Below are positions 52,816-64,000 of a DNA stretch of 64,000 nt, in pieces (positions within the stretch are counted from its first letter, which is position 1; every line of letters begins with the position of its first letter). The notes under the pieces were generated by a model. That model saw only the letters and a program-made list of their open reading frames with translations. It searched no databases and had not been told where the DNA came from. The stretch lies in assembly GCF_001194135.2 (NCBI RefSeq), contig NC_068984.1, forward strand, positions 146,383,896 through 146,447,895, in the 5' to 3' direction. The DNA is from Octopus bimaculoides (Eukaryota). Position numbers and translations under genes: made by a program.

Positions 52816-54067
52816 CTGTGTTAATGAGAAAGATGGCATAAAAATGAGAATTTCAAAAACCTTGCAATGATTTCATCTGAAACCACGAGTTGAAAGTAAA
52901 ACAATTACAGCATCTAATCTGTCTGTTCAACATATATAATTTGCAAAAATGGGCACCGTTATTCGAAAAGTTAACTTAGTTATCCGTTAATCAGTTAATT
53001 ATTTCCTAATGTAATGGATGTTATCAATAAACCATTAACGTTAATTTTTATTATAGAAAAATTTTTATTATAGAATAAAATTTTCATTAAAGAAAAAAAT
53101 TTTTATAATAGAAAAAACTAAAAATAACTTTTTGCTCTAAAAAACACCTTTAAAAAGCACCAAAACTATAAAATCTGTTAACTTCAATTCAGTTGAAGTT
53201 AACTGAAGTTGACTTGAGTTAACGGAAGTTGAATGTAATAAAAGTTAATTAATCTGATAATGATTTTCAAGGTTAACTTAAAAGTTAAATCGTTAATAGA
53301 AATGTTAATTCTGTTAATTCATGATTAATGGATTAACAGTTTGGTGCCTAGGTTTGATATTTTGGTGTCAAAAGTTTTGGTTCCATGTCAGTGACCAGGT
53401 TGCAGTTGGTGTGACAAAAATATTGACATCAAATAATAAATGTTTAAATGAAGTTAACTGTTTTGTGTGCTTTTCAATAGATAATATATGTCTTCCAAAC
53501 TATATTTCTGTGTTTTGTTTTTTCTTAATTGTGCAGGTATTATCAGGTATCTTACCTGATCTCTGATAACCCATAAACATGTAACCTATTCAAGCTCATT
53601 AAAATCAATCACCCCCCCCCCCACCACCACCACTCTAGCTCTCTGTAAATATATATTCATACATGTGTATGTGTATATAGTTGGCATTCCTTTACCTCTT
53701 CCCATGTGTATATTATTTATTTATTTATTAATCGTCCACAGATGAAACTGTAACGTCTTCATGTCACAATTCTTTTCTGTGCAAAATAGAATCCACTGAT
53801 TGCAAGATCTCACTCTCAGAGATTTACTTCTCCTAAATGGATTGCCTCCACTAAGAATGGTGAGCACCATCTACCTTTGAATGATGGTTTTAACTCTTCT
53901 GAGTTCCTCCACCCGTTGATGGATACAGTTTTCCTTCCTGCAAGCGGTCCCAAAATTACCCTAACCCTCACCAATCAAGTTTGGTGACATTACTGGTTTA
54001 GTCACTGATGAACCAATCAAGCAACAGAATGAATTGGCTTACATGTTATATATATATATATATATTA

Positions 54068-54285
54068 GAAGGGGTGCTAAAGAGTTCTTGGCTTTGGCTA
54101 AAAGAAAACACAGAAGGATGGGTTAATTATGATTTTGTTCAATATATTACCCTCTCTGATTAACACACATATTGCAGTGGTTCCTTCAGTTTTTCTAAGC
54201 CCTATAAAAGAACCTAGGAATGTTGGGCCTCTAATCAGGCCTTTCCTGACACTCTTAAAACCAGAAACTTTTCAGAACCCCCTTG
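54068..54285. mobile_element. mariner-derived MITE
   Basis: TA-flanked imperfect TIRs (GAAGGGGTGCTAAAGAGTTCTTGGCTTT / AAAACCAGAAACTTTTCAGAACCCCCTTG). The minus strand retains a transposase C-terminal relic. A related partial copy lies at ~40225-40395. Confidence 0.7.
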
Positions 54286-54711
54286 TACATGTATATGTGC
54301 ACACGCACACATGCACGCATGCATACACAAATCAATGACAAAAGAACTAGAATTTCATAATCATTTTCATTAACTTCCTCAAAGCTCTGAGGAAGTTAAG
54401 GTGTTGGAATGGTACACATGCCAGATGCATGGTTTGTAATAGCTGAAACAATGGTAAGCTAATGAAAGCAATTAAATAGCACCTTTTATTTTCTCATTTA
54501 TTAATTAATTGTTATTACATTCTGTATTGCCCCAATGATGCGGGTAATGATGTCATATTTCTATAACTTAGTTATGGTTACTATTTTTTACTATGTTTCG
54601 TTTGTATTGTTTTTGCCTCGAATAACTGAACGATGGAGAGAGAGAGGGAGAGAGAGAGAGAGATAGAGAGAGAGAGAAAGAGTAATGAACAAAAACCCAA
54701 TTAAAGATTAC

Positions 54712-54929
54712 CTATCCTCAAAACTGTGGTGTTTTTCAACAAAAGATCGCAGGGCCTTTAGTACATCGTTTGGATGAATAAGTTGTGGTTCATTAAAGTT
54801 TAATCGTTTGGTGGTAATGCTAATTTGACTCTCTGTGAATTCATCAAAATCACTGGGCCTCTCTTCTGACGCGTGCATAGACATTTCAGGTTCCAGGAAT
54901 GATTTTTCACATTTTGAACTTGAATCGTC
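54712..54929 (-). CDS. DRC1: DRC1 internal exon
   Basis: ctctttaaaaag|GAC..GATAG|gtaatc. 218 nt ending in PQLIHPNDVLKALRSFVEKHHSFED (DRC1 'LIHPNDVL' motif). The acceptor is somewhat weak but the phase fits. Confidence 0.9.
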
Positions 54930-55805
54930 CTTTTTAAAGAGAAATTTACAAGACAGAAAGAAAATAATAATAATAATAATAATATTTTATAGGATTGAGG
55001 TAACTCCTCCAGTAAGTATACAGAAGCAAAAAAAAAAAAAAGAAGAGTGCCATTGTTATAAAATCTTATAAAATATTACCAAAAATGAAGTCGATCGACA
55101 AGTTTATTTTTTGAACCTGTGGAAGGCATGCAAGATGCTGAAATATCATTCACTTGATAACAATGGCACTCTTCTTTTTTTGCTTAATAATAATAATAAT
55201 AATATACGGATCTTAACTGATTGGAAGTGTTATCTGTCTTGGTACAAAAGATGGGACACAGCAAATATTCTGCTCAATACCACAGATTTGCTTGTCAGTT
55301 GTTTGACCTTAACCAGTTGAGCATGTCCCTTAGTGGCTGACAATATGAGCATCTCTGATCATGTGAAGAAGTAGTTGGGAAGCATCGTAGCCATGTGTTG
55401 AGAGGAATTCTTTGGGATTTGAATAATTCACCTCTGGAAACAATTCACCTCTCAGAACAACCTAATGTGTCACCCTTAAATCCCAACTCTAAACATTCCT
55501 TCACTCAAACACTTCTAAAATTCGAGCCCTTGAAACCTTCTAACTGTCCCCTTTTTCCTTAGAAGCTCAACCATATCAAACCTTTACCAAATTTTGAAGG
55601 TCTACACAGACCATTTTCAAAACTTTGAAAACAGGGTCTATATTTTATATGTAGAGTGTTTAAAAACATAGACACTTTCCAAAGTTTTGAAAAGGGGCAA
55701 TGTAACGGTCCCATCTCCCCAGATGAAGATGTGAAAAAAAGAAAGAAAGAAAGAAATGGGCAAAATCATAACAAATTCACCAAAAGAATAAAGTTGATTC
55801 CTTAC

Positions 55806-55922
55806 AACGACTTTTGATTCCATGTCATTAAGTTCATCTTCTTTGTCTTCAAATTCGTCTGATGAAAGCCTGAAGAATGTTGCAAGATGTAGAATATCAT
55901 TGTCGGTTGTCACTCCCAAGAC
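55806..55922 (-). CDS. DRC1: DRC1 internal exon
   Basis: ttttacag|GTC..GTT|gtaagg. 117 nt encoding VLGVTTDNDILHLATFFRLSSDEFEDKEDELNDMESKVV. Confidence 0.9.
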
Positions 55923-57169
55923 CTGTAAAATCAGAAAAGTAGAAGTAATTGAGCTGAATTGAATCTATCTGGATTCCATGGGCTGAAAACTGGTTTCATG
56001 TTTAATGTATTTTGTCTTTTATGTCTGTTTAGGTTTTCGCTTGGATACAAATGAGAACTTAAACAGGCTTGGATGTGTGCTAAGAAGTTTGCTTCCCAAC
56101 CACATAGTTCTGGGTTCAGTCCCACTGTGTGGCACCTAGGGCACATGTCTTCTACTATAGCCTTGGGTTGACCAAAGCCTTGTGAGTGGATTTGGTAGAC
56201 AAAAACTGAAAGAAGCTTATTGTGTGTGTGTGTATATATATATATATATAAATGCATGTGTGTGTTTGTGTGAGTGTTTGTCCTCCACTATTTCTTGACA
56301 ATCAGTGTTGGTATGTTCATGTCTCTGTAACTTAGCAGTTCAGCAAAAGGGACCAATAGAATAAACACTAGGTTTTTTCTTAAAAAGTAGGAATTTGGGT
56401 GTCAGTTTGTTTGACTAAAATTCTTGAAGCTGGTGCTCTAGTATGGCCACAATCCTGCAGCTGCAAAGAAGGAAAAGCTAAAAGAAAGACACTTTTCAAA
56501 GTCATTAAATATAATATACATTTCTCCCTTTCTGTCTGTGTGTCTTCTCCCTCTACCATCGTTCTTCATTTCTTCAGTCTATACTCCACTCATTTGAAGG
56601 CTCTTATCTTGCACATATTTGGCAACCTCACTGGTGCTGGTGCCATGTAAAAAGCATTCAGTACACTCTCTTAAGTGGTTGGGATTAGGAATGGTAGACA
56701 ATGGAGTTTGGTGCCATCCTTTGGCTCTTCTGTTCTTGTCAAACCATCAAACCCTTGCCAGCATGGAAAAGGGGATGTTCAATGATGATGATGATGATGA
56801 AATATTGGGAATGTAAAACAAAGTAAAATAATGAATTCAAAGAAAACAATAATTAAAAGAAAGCAATAATAAAAAAAAATATAAACTAAAATAACTTTTC
56901 TTAGTGACACTTGATAAAATTAATCAACAAATTAATTTTAATCTTCAGTCATCACCATTTCAAGTGCTTTTGGTTTTTTTTCTCAACCGCTTGACATGGG
57001 TTGGCTAGGTCTACAGTAACACAACATCTTACCATTCGATGAGGTCCCTTGTCATTCTCTGAAATGGTAATTTATCTCATGTAGTTTTTAATCTTTCTTG
57101 TATCCCACCATGTTGCTTAATCTTGAAGAAAGGAGCTTTGTATTCTTTGAAGAAATCTAAGAGTCTCTT

Positions 57170-57460
57170 TGCAGAAGAATTTGCCTTGGTGGAACAGAGG
57201 GACAGTGATGGCTGTTAATTCCAAAAATAATGTCTCTGTGGATGGAATGCCGTGTCATGTCTTGGATGTTCACAGAATTGTTGCTTCGTCGGATGATGAA
57301 GGGGGAGGAGAGGCAGCAAGCAGCACTCCATCCCTGCGGATCTCACAGTGAGTGAGATGTCTGCCCAGGTGGATGGCAGATTTTGATATGGGGTGAAGTG
57401 AGAAGGTGATCTATGAGATCAGGGAGGGCATGTGAAGATGAGGTGAACTGTGTTGAAACT
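57170..57460 (+). mobile_element. Gypsy-like LTR retrotransposon remnant (integrase C-terminus, PPT, LTR start)
   Basis: WNRGTVMAVNSKNNVSVDGMPCHVLDVHRIV..LRISQ*VRCLPRWMADFDMG, then purine-rich cagggagggca|TGTG. Confidence 0.6.
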
Positions 57461-57683
57461 AAAACAATTACAGACTGAAAGACATGTAGTAGAGCTACAT
57501 CTGTAATATTTAGCTCTGCTACTGACACATGTTAACCATTCAAAAACACACAATGACTCAACTTTACTTAACCATTTATTATGGAAATGTGTCAATGACC
57601 AGGTCACAAGTGGTGAGACAAAATAATCAATTAGAAAATTACCATTTCTAAATCTCACAACGATAGATATTCAGCAACTGTAC

Positions 57684-57972
57684 TTTGTAGTAAAGATTGT
57701 TTGCCAACATAACATGGCAGTCCTGGTTTAGGACTAATGTTGCTGTAATTTAGCTCTAGGAGACATTGTCTCCAGCTGGCTATATGACATGATCTGTGTC
57801 CTTATACTTTTGAACTGAGTGGGGGCTGCTAGATCCCCTTGTTCGAAAATATAAGGACACAGATCGTGTCGTATAGCCAGCAGGAGACGATGTCTCCTGG
57901 GGCTAAATTACAGCAACATTCGTCCTAAACCAGGACTGCCATGTTATGTTGGCAAACAACCTTTACTACAAA
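57684..57972. mobile_element. foldback element / MITE with 132-bp inverted arms in a DRC1 intron
   Basis: 57684-57815 is the reverse complement of 57841-57972 with about 10 substitutions and no gaps, around a 25-nt spacer. Confidence 0.9.
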
Positions 57973-58149
57973 ATAATCAATGTTTAAGTCAAGTCGATAG
58001 TTTTAATTTGTTTTGGAATGTGTCTTCCATGTTCAATTAATGATTGCTTGTTAATTAATGATGGCAGATATGATAGTGCTTAATATATTTTGCAAGTAAA
58101 TTTTTTGCATAATTTCCATTAGTATTTGATTGTGTTAATGAAATATCTG

Positions 58150-58335
58150 TCAGGAAGTGAAGCACTGAATAGAGCCCAGTGGAGAAGCTCATGCAAGCCA
58201 AAACATCTCCGACTTTGAGGCAAACAGGATCAACACCATGAAGGAGAAAAGAGCCCAGAGAAAATGATGTAAACCACAACTGCAATGTCAGGAACCAGAC
58301 TGGCAAATCTTGGATAGGTTTGAATTCCCATATGA
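58150..58335 (+). mobile_element. RTE C-terminal zinc-finger remnant
   Basis: DFEANRINTMKEKRAQRK..HNCNVRNQTGKSWIGLNSHMR. Confidence 0.6.
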
Positions 58336-58484
58336 GACGACAAGATAAAACATTGAACTAACATTGAATGAGGGTCCTTATTCTGCAGAATAAGGAGAGA
58401 ATCCAATATTGGAAAGTTTACACTTTATTTTATCTAAAACAGAGAGGAAGAAGAAGAAATATTTAGAAAGAAATGTCAACTTAC

Positions 58485-58574
58485 AGAAAACACACTGTCG
58501 AGTTTCATTAACATTCTCTCATCTTTCTCGAGATTTTCCAACAAAGTGTTCAGTTTTAATTCAATAAGAAAATC
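58485..58574 (-). CDS. DRC1: DRC1 internal exon
   Basis: ttttcag|GAT..TCT|gtaagt. 90 nt encoding DFLIELKLNTLLENLEKDERMLMKLDSVFS (DRC1 'FLIE.KL..LL..LE.DE..L..LD.IF'). Confidence 0.93.
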
Positions 58575-59272
58575 CTGAAAATATTTCAATAACAAATGTG
58601 AGTTACTTAAATTATTGCTTTTATCATTATTACAGGGCAATGCCTAGGGTTTATTTAACTCTGATCAAAGTTGAGCCCCCCCCCCATCCCCCGGAATCTA
58701 AAAGAATAGCAGTGAAGTGAATCCTCAGCTTTGAATCAATCAAGGAACTCTACTAAAAGTATTGAGTACTTTTCTCCTCTTTGTACACTACAATGTATAT
58801 GTGTTCACTTCTATTGTGTCCATCTATCTTGTAGGACCTTTAATCTACCAATTTTTCATTCCATTTTTCCACTTCTCCATCGACCAGTTTTTATTGCCTG
58901 GAATTGACATGGAGGACGAAATGGAGAGAACATAATACTATGTATACACACATGTCATATATGTACTGTTCAAGTGTTAGGCCTCATGGAGACAGTGACA
59001 GGTGACCAAGACCATTGGCAATATACCATGCTTGTGTTGACCTGTCAAGCCAAGTGAGACCATAGTCGCGGCCGATGACAGTGTCAGGTCAATGGCACCC
59101 ATGCCAGTGGCATGTCAAAAACACTCACTACACTCCTGGCATGGTTGGTATTAGGAAGGGCATCTGGCCATAGAAACCCTGCCAAATCAAATTGGAACCT
59201 GCTACAGCTCCTCTGTTTACCAGTTTTCAGTCAAACCATCCAACCCATGCCAGCATGGAAAGTCGACATTAA

Positions 59273-59303
<31 letters not shown>

Positions 59304-59726
59304 GGCTGTAATATCATGTATCTTCTCTATAGTAAGTCACTTGTGCTTGGGCTCCTGTCATACTTTATCTTCTCAACACCCAACATAAAGCTGCCCCTCC
59401 TCTCAAATACTATTCCACTATGCAGTTGAGAGGGATTTTTCCTGTTCTTTCCCTGTCTTGCAAATTACTTGGCAATCTCAAAAAGCACTCAGTCTACTCT
59501 GTAAAGTGGTTGGCACTAGGAAGAAAGGGCATCCAGCCATAGAAATCAAAGACAAAGCTGACATTAGAGCTCAATGCAATCTTCTAGGGGCTTACCAGAT
59601 GATCTTGTCAAACCATCCAACTCAAGCCAACATAATAAACAGAATGATGATGATGATGATGATGCTATGTATTTTTTTGCTCTACCTGAGAAAATCCAGC
59701 TGATTATAAAATTCTTAAAAACTCAC

Positions 59727-59935
59727 AGATTCATCACAGATCAATTCTAAGATAGATTTGACAGTGATTGGTGATATTTGCTTGAAGATTTTGGCTTTGG
59801 CGGCATCAATTTTGACAATTCGTTCATCTTTTGACGTTCTCTTATTCTCATCAGCAGATGCGATTTCTGCAGCAGAAGTCATTGGCTGGAAGACTGGTCT
59901 ATCTTTCAGGCTTTTCAGCCTTTCATCAACATTTC
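59727..59935 (-). CDS. DRC1: DRC1 internal exon
   Basis: ccttattag|GA..TCT|gtgagt. Encodes GNVDERLKSLK...KQISPITVKSILELICDES (DRC1 'ILELLCDES' motif). 209 nt, phase 1 in, phase 0 out. Confidence 0.92.
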
Positions 59936-60715
59936 CTAATAAGGATATAAAACAATACACCTCTGAAAATACAGGTGTGTGTGTGTGTGTGTTTATATAG
60001 AAACAGGTAAGAAGATGTCAAAAAAGATATAGAATAGGTCTACACAAGAAGTGCTCAGACCAGACCCAGTACTTAAAACCTGACGTTATTCCTAAATTTT
60101 AAATTAAAAATTCTAATCCTGCCAAATATTATGAAGAATTGATTATCTCCCTTGTATTAACTGCTTGTTTGTAGACACCAGACACCGGGGATGAAATTTT
60201 GGTCTCAAATCATGTTTGGTTCAGCATTGAGATAACAAGAGCTGCAAAAGATGAAGATGGTATTGGCACTGATGGGAATAATAAGACTGTCACTGTTGCT
60301 GTTGGCGTTTTCTTATTTCTCCCATCAATACCATCAATGAAGATGATGATGATGATGATGATGGGCTCAGGTCACAAAGTTGTTGTGAGGGGTTAGTTGA
60401 TAACACTGACCCCAGTCTTTGAACAATGTTTACTGATCCCAAAAGGATGAAAGCAAATTTGACCCCAGAACATAAAGAATTGCAACGAAATACTGCAAGA
60501 TATTTTTGTTTTTTGATGCTGTAATGATTCTGTCCTCGAAGGAAAACGATAATAATGAAGACAATGATGGCAGAGGTGGTAGAGTGAAGAATCATGAAAT
60601 TCTAAGACCTTCAAGAGGAATAGTGATTTCTTTTATTAATTTCTTAAGAGTTAATGGCATCACTTGCTACAAAAACAACAACAACAACAACAACTAAAGA
60701 AGCATTAGAGCTTAC

Positions 60716-60810
60716 CTTTTGATAGTAAAACATGGCTCAAAATTTGGGTTGCTGAAAAACTAGGATTTATCTGACCAAATTTTATTGGTCCTTTATTTTC
60801 GGTAAAAGAT
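60716..60810 (-). CDS. DRC1: DRC1 internal exon
   Basis: ttccaacag|..AAAG|gtaagc. Encodes SFTENKGPIKFGQINPSFSATQILSHVLLSK (the DRC1 'GPI...SATQI' segment). Phase 2 in, phase 1 out, fitting both neighbours. Confidence 0.88.
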
Positions 60811-61510
60811 CTGTTGGAAGAGAAAATTTTTATGGCAGCAATTTCAACTTTCTGAATGGTTCTATATTTTTTTTAAGGTGTTGTCAGAGGATGAAGGGCA
60901 TGGCCTATGACCTTTTTTTTTAAAGGCGTCATTGTATAGTTAAGAAGGGTGTCTTTCAACCATATGGTTGCGGGTTCAATCCCACTGTATGGCACTTTGG
61001 ACAAGTATCTTCTACTATAACCCCAGGAAGACCAAAGCCTTGTGAGTAATACACACACACATACATTCTGTGACAGGATTCTATTCAATTCATCTTCTTA
61101 TATTAAAATTATATATCATCATCATCATCATCATCATTCAATGTCTGTTTCCATGCTGGCATGTGTTGGATGGTTTGACCAGAGCTAGTAGGGCCAGGAG
61201 CCACACCGGGTTCCATTATCTGTTCTGGTAGAACTTCTACAGCTGGATGCTCTTCCTAATGCCAACCTTTCCACAGTGTGCACTGGCTACCTTTTATCTG
61301 GCACCAGCACTGATATCACTTCTGCTGAGACAGAGGGGTGAGGTCTCCTTGACTGCAGCAGTGAACCAGACACCTCAATCCTTTGTCATCTCCTTTGTAA
61401 CACTCAGTATCTTGAGATCAGTCTTCAAACACTTTACCTCATACCTTCCTGGGTCCCTCTTTCATAAGTTCCATCCACATCTATATGCATCACACACACA
61501 TATATATATA

Positions 61511-61791
61511 TTCTTTTATTCTTTCATTTGTTTCAGTCATTTGACTGCGGCCATGCTGGAGCACCACCTTTAGTCAAACAAACTTATTCTTCGTAAGTCT
61601 AGTACTTATTCTATCGGTCTATTTTGCTGAACTGCTAAGTTATGGGGGATGTAAACACACCAACATTGCTTGTCAAGCGATGGTGGGGGACAAACAGACA
61701 TGCAAACACACACATACATACATACATATCTATCTATCTATCTGTCTGTCTTTCTATCTATCTATCTATCTATCTATATATCTATATCTAT

Positions 61792-61822
<31 letters not shown>

Positions 61823-61997
61823 TATATATATATATGACGGTCTTCTTTCAGTTTCCATTTACCAAATCCATTCACAAGGCTTTGGACGGCCCGAGGCTAT
61901 AGCAGAAGACACTTGTCCAAGGTGCCATGCAGTGGGACTGAATCCAGAACCATGTGGTTGGGAAGCAAGCTTCTTACCACAGAGCCACGTCTGCGCA
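61511..61997 (-). mobile_element. CORE-type SINE with the alternative 'ccagcatggccgcagtcaaatgactgaaacaa' tail (representative)
   Basis: Same head and core as above with a different tail. Related copies at about 2420-2765, 5620-5830, 27220-27610(-), 32890-33265, 34370-34710(-) and 56070-56490. Confidence 0.8.
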
Positions 61998-62580
61998 TGT
62001 ATATATATATATATATATCATCATCATTTAATGACTGCTTTCCATGCTGGCATCGGTTAAACCGTTTGGCAGGAGCTGGCAAGGATGGAGAGCTGAACCT
62101 GAATCCAATTGTCCCATTTGGCATGGTTTCTACAGCTGGATGCCCTTCCTAATGTCAGCCAAATTACTGTGTATGCTGGGTGCTTTTAAAGTGGCATTGC
62201 ATGAATGCTTTTCATGTGGCACCAGTACATGGCTCTTGCAGGCCAATCCTCTTCCCCAGGGGGAGGGTCCTCGACACCTCCTATATGCAAAGATGGGTCT
62301 CCCATGGATATTTATTTCACACATAAAGCAACAGTAGACCAGAAGCTGAGAGACTTGTCCAAGATGCTACAGAGTTGGATTGAACCTGAAACCACACAAC
62401 CAAGTTTGTGCTCGATCATCACCATTGTCATCATCATCTAACATTCTTCTTTTCCATGCTGGCATGGGTTGGACCATTCAACAGGAACCATTCACAATGA
62501 ACATTTTGTATTTAGAACTTCACACAGACTTCTATTGTTCCTGGAAACAACCAAGACATTCCTTCATCATGAATACTTAC

Positions 62581-62730
62581 ACGTTTGGCTCTTTCCACTC
62601 TAATCCCAACTGCTGGATATAGATCACGCGCTGGGCACTGAGAACTCCATTCAGTAGCAAGTCTTTACAAATATCTTCATTCAGACACCATAAGTCGTGG
62701 AATTTCTTCAGATCGATAGCCATGAAATGT
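62581..62730 (-). CDS. DRC1: DRC1 (CCDC164) internal exon, first one inside the window
   Basis: ttttcag|A..GT|gtaagt. Encodes HFMAIDLKKFHDLWCLNEDICKDLLLNGVLSAQRVIYIQQLGLEWKEPN, matching the DRC1 pattern HF..D..KF..W..NE...K.L......R.I....LGL.W..P. Phase 2 in, phase 2 out. Confidence 0.92.
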
Positions 62731-62945
62731 CTGAAAATCATAGAATTGGATGCTGTATTTCAGAGAAAAGGAGGAGAAAATACTACGTGTAGAGTAGTAT
62801 TGAGGCTTTTTGTATTTCTCACCCAGGGTGTAGGAATGGGGATATAATAAATACCAGTAATACACTAGGTTTTAATTCAACCAATTAAACCACCACCACC
62901 ACCATAGATGATTATCTATCATCTCAACTTTGAGTCTCATTATCC

Positions 62946-63167
62946 TTAACCCTTTGCCTGTTCTGTGTATTACATATGATGCAGAGGACATATTTTTCAC
63001 TGTCATTCATGGATCGTATATGTTACACATTCCCAATTTTTTTCCGACCACCAGAGCAACTTGGGACTTAAATGAGAAGGAATGAAACAAGGATTGCTCA
63101 AAAGTCTGAAATCAAGCATGAAGGTTTAGGGTAAATTTATGAAAACACTTTGGACAATCAAAGGATA
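62946..63167. mobile_element. second, older copy of the same piggyBac-like MITE
   Basis: Starts TTAACCCTTTGCC. Internal aaaagtctgaaa..gcatg..ttatgaaaa..ctttgga is shared with 16783-17008. The right TIR is decayed. Confidence 0.55.
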
Positions 63168-64000
63168 AAGTCTGTAAAAACTAACACTTCTTTCCACCAA
63201 GCTTAGATTCGAAACTGAATCTAAGGATTCTTGCTTGACTGAGCCACCACGAAGGAACAGGTGTGAAAGAAATTTGCTTTGTCCTGTCAAAAAATCATCT
63301 CCTTTTGACCTACGACCTCAGCCATGTCAGACGAAGTTCAAATGGACAGGAGATGACCTATTTAGACACAATCTCTCCTGCAGTATGTCAGTCCTTCTAG
63401 CTGCCATGGCTGTTATAAATACCGTGGTCAGCAGAGAGACAGACAGAAAGACAGAGAGGCAGAAAAGGATTTGCACACGAGACAGCCTTCTACTCTCTCA
63501 GATGAACGACGCAGACACAGACACAAAACATATTCAGTTCTAACACATCACATCCATAAATGTACCCTGTTTTTATTCTTCTCAACTCGTAGCAGTTGAT
63601 GACAAATACATGCAGTGAAGAATTGTGTATACCAATAGCAAATGCAAGTCCCATAAATAAATTATTTTAACTATAAATCAATGTCATTCATTTACTTCGA
63701 AGGCATCCACATGCCAATCGCCTCTGTTTACCTCAACACCCTCTGATACACCTTTAACCACTACATATCCAACCCTTAGGACTCTCTCTCTCTCTCTCAG
63801 TGAAGTTCAACTGGAAGTACAGTTTATTTCTTTAGATGTTTTCTTTTCACATCATCGTTGTTTAACATCCGCTTTCCATGCTGGCATGGGTTGGACGATT
63901 TGACTGAGGACTGGTGGACCAGGAGGCTGCACCAAGCTCCAATCTGATTTGGCAGAGTTTCTACAGCTGGATGCCCTTCCTAACGCCAACCAACCACAAT

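Noticed and set aside
63000-64000. Further upstream DRC1 exon
   Set aside because: No phase-compatible exon with DRC1-like sequence was found; the region is MITE, LINE and SINE derived.

Overview
Repeat-dense, AT-rich animal genomic DNA with several N-gaps. The SINE, LINE and microsatellite content points to an octopus (coleoid cephalopod); the host call is an inference. The only protein gene I can firmly reconstruct is the 3' part of DRC1/CCDC164 (nexin-dynein regulatory complex subunit 1) on the minus strand. It has 9 exons from 62730 to 49734, all with GT-AG introns in consistent phase, encoding about 408 C-terminal aa; its 5' exons lie beyond the window. The rest is mostly mobile DNA: tRNA-derived SINEs (CORE-like, Nin/Deu-like and RTE-tailed), RTE, R4/Dong and CRE-type LINE remnants, a Gypsy remnant, an internally deleted mariner nested in a SINE, and several MITEs. 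The most notable item is a Penelope-like element. Its terminal module joins a GIY-YIG C-terminus, a tRNA-like Pol III promoter and a minimal dimer-type hammerhead ribozyme (18669-19268, with a second copy near 30600-30850). A 132-bp-arm foldback inside a DRC1 intron is also notable. Splice-signal-flanked islands between 12 and 45 kb hint at an unidentified transcript, but these calls are weak. Nearly all ORFs in the supplied track are microsatellite or repeat artefacts.
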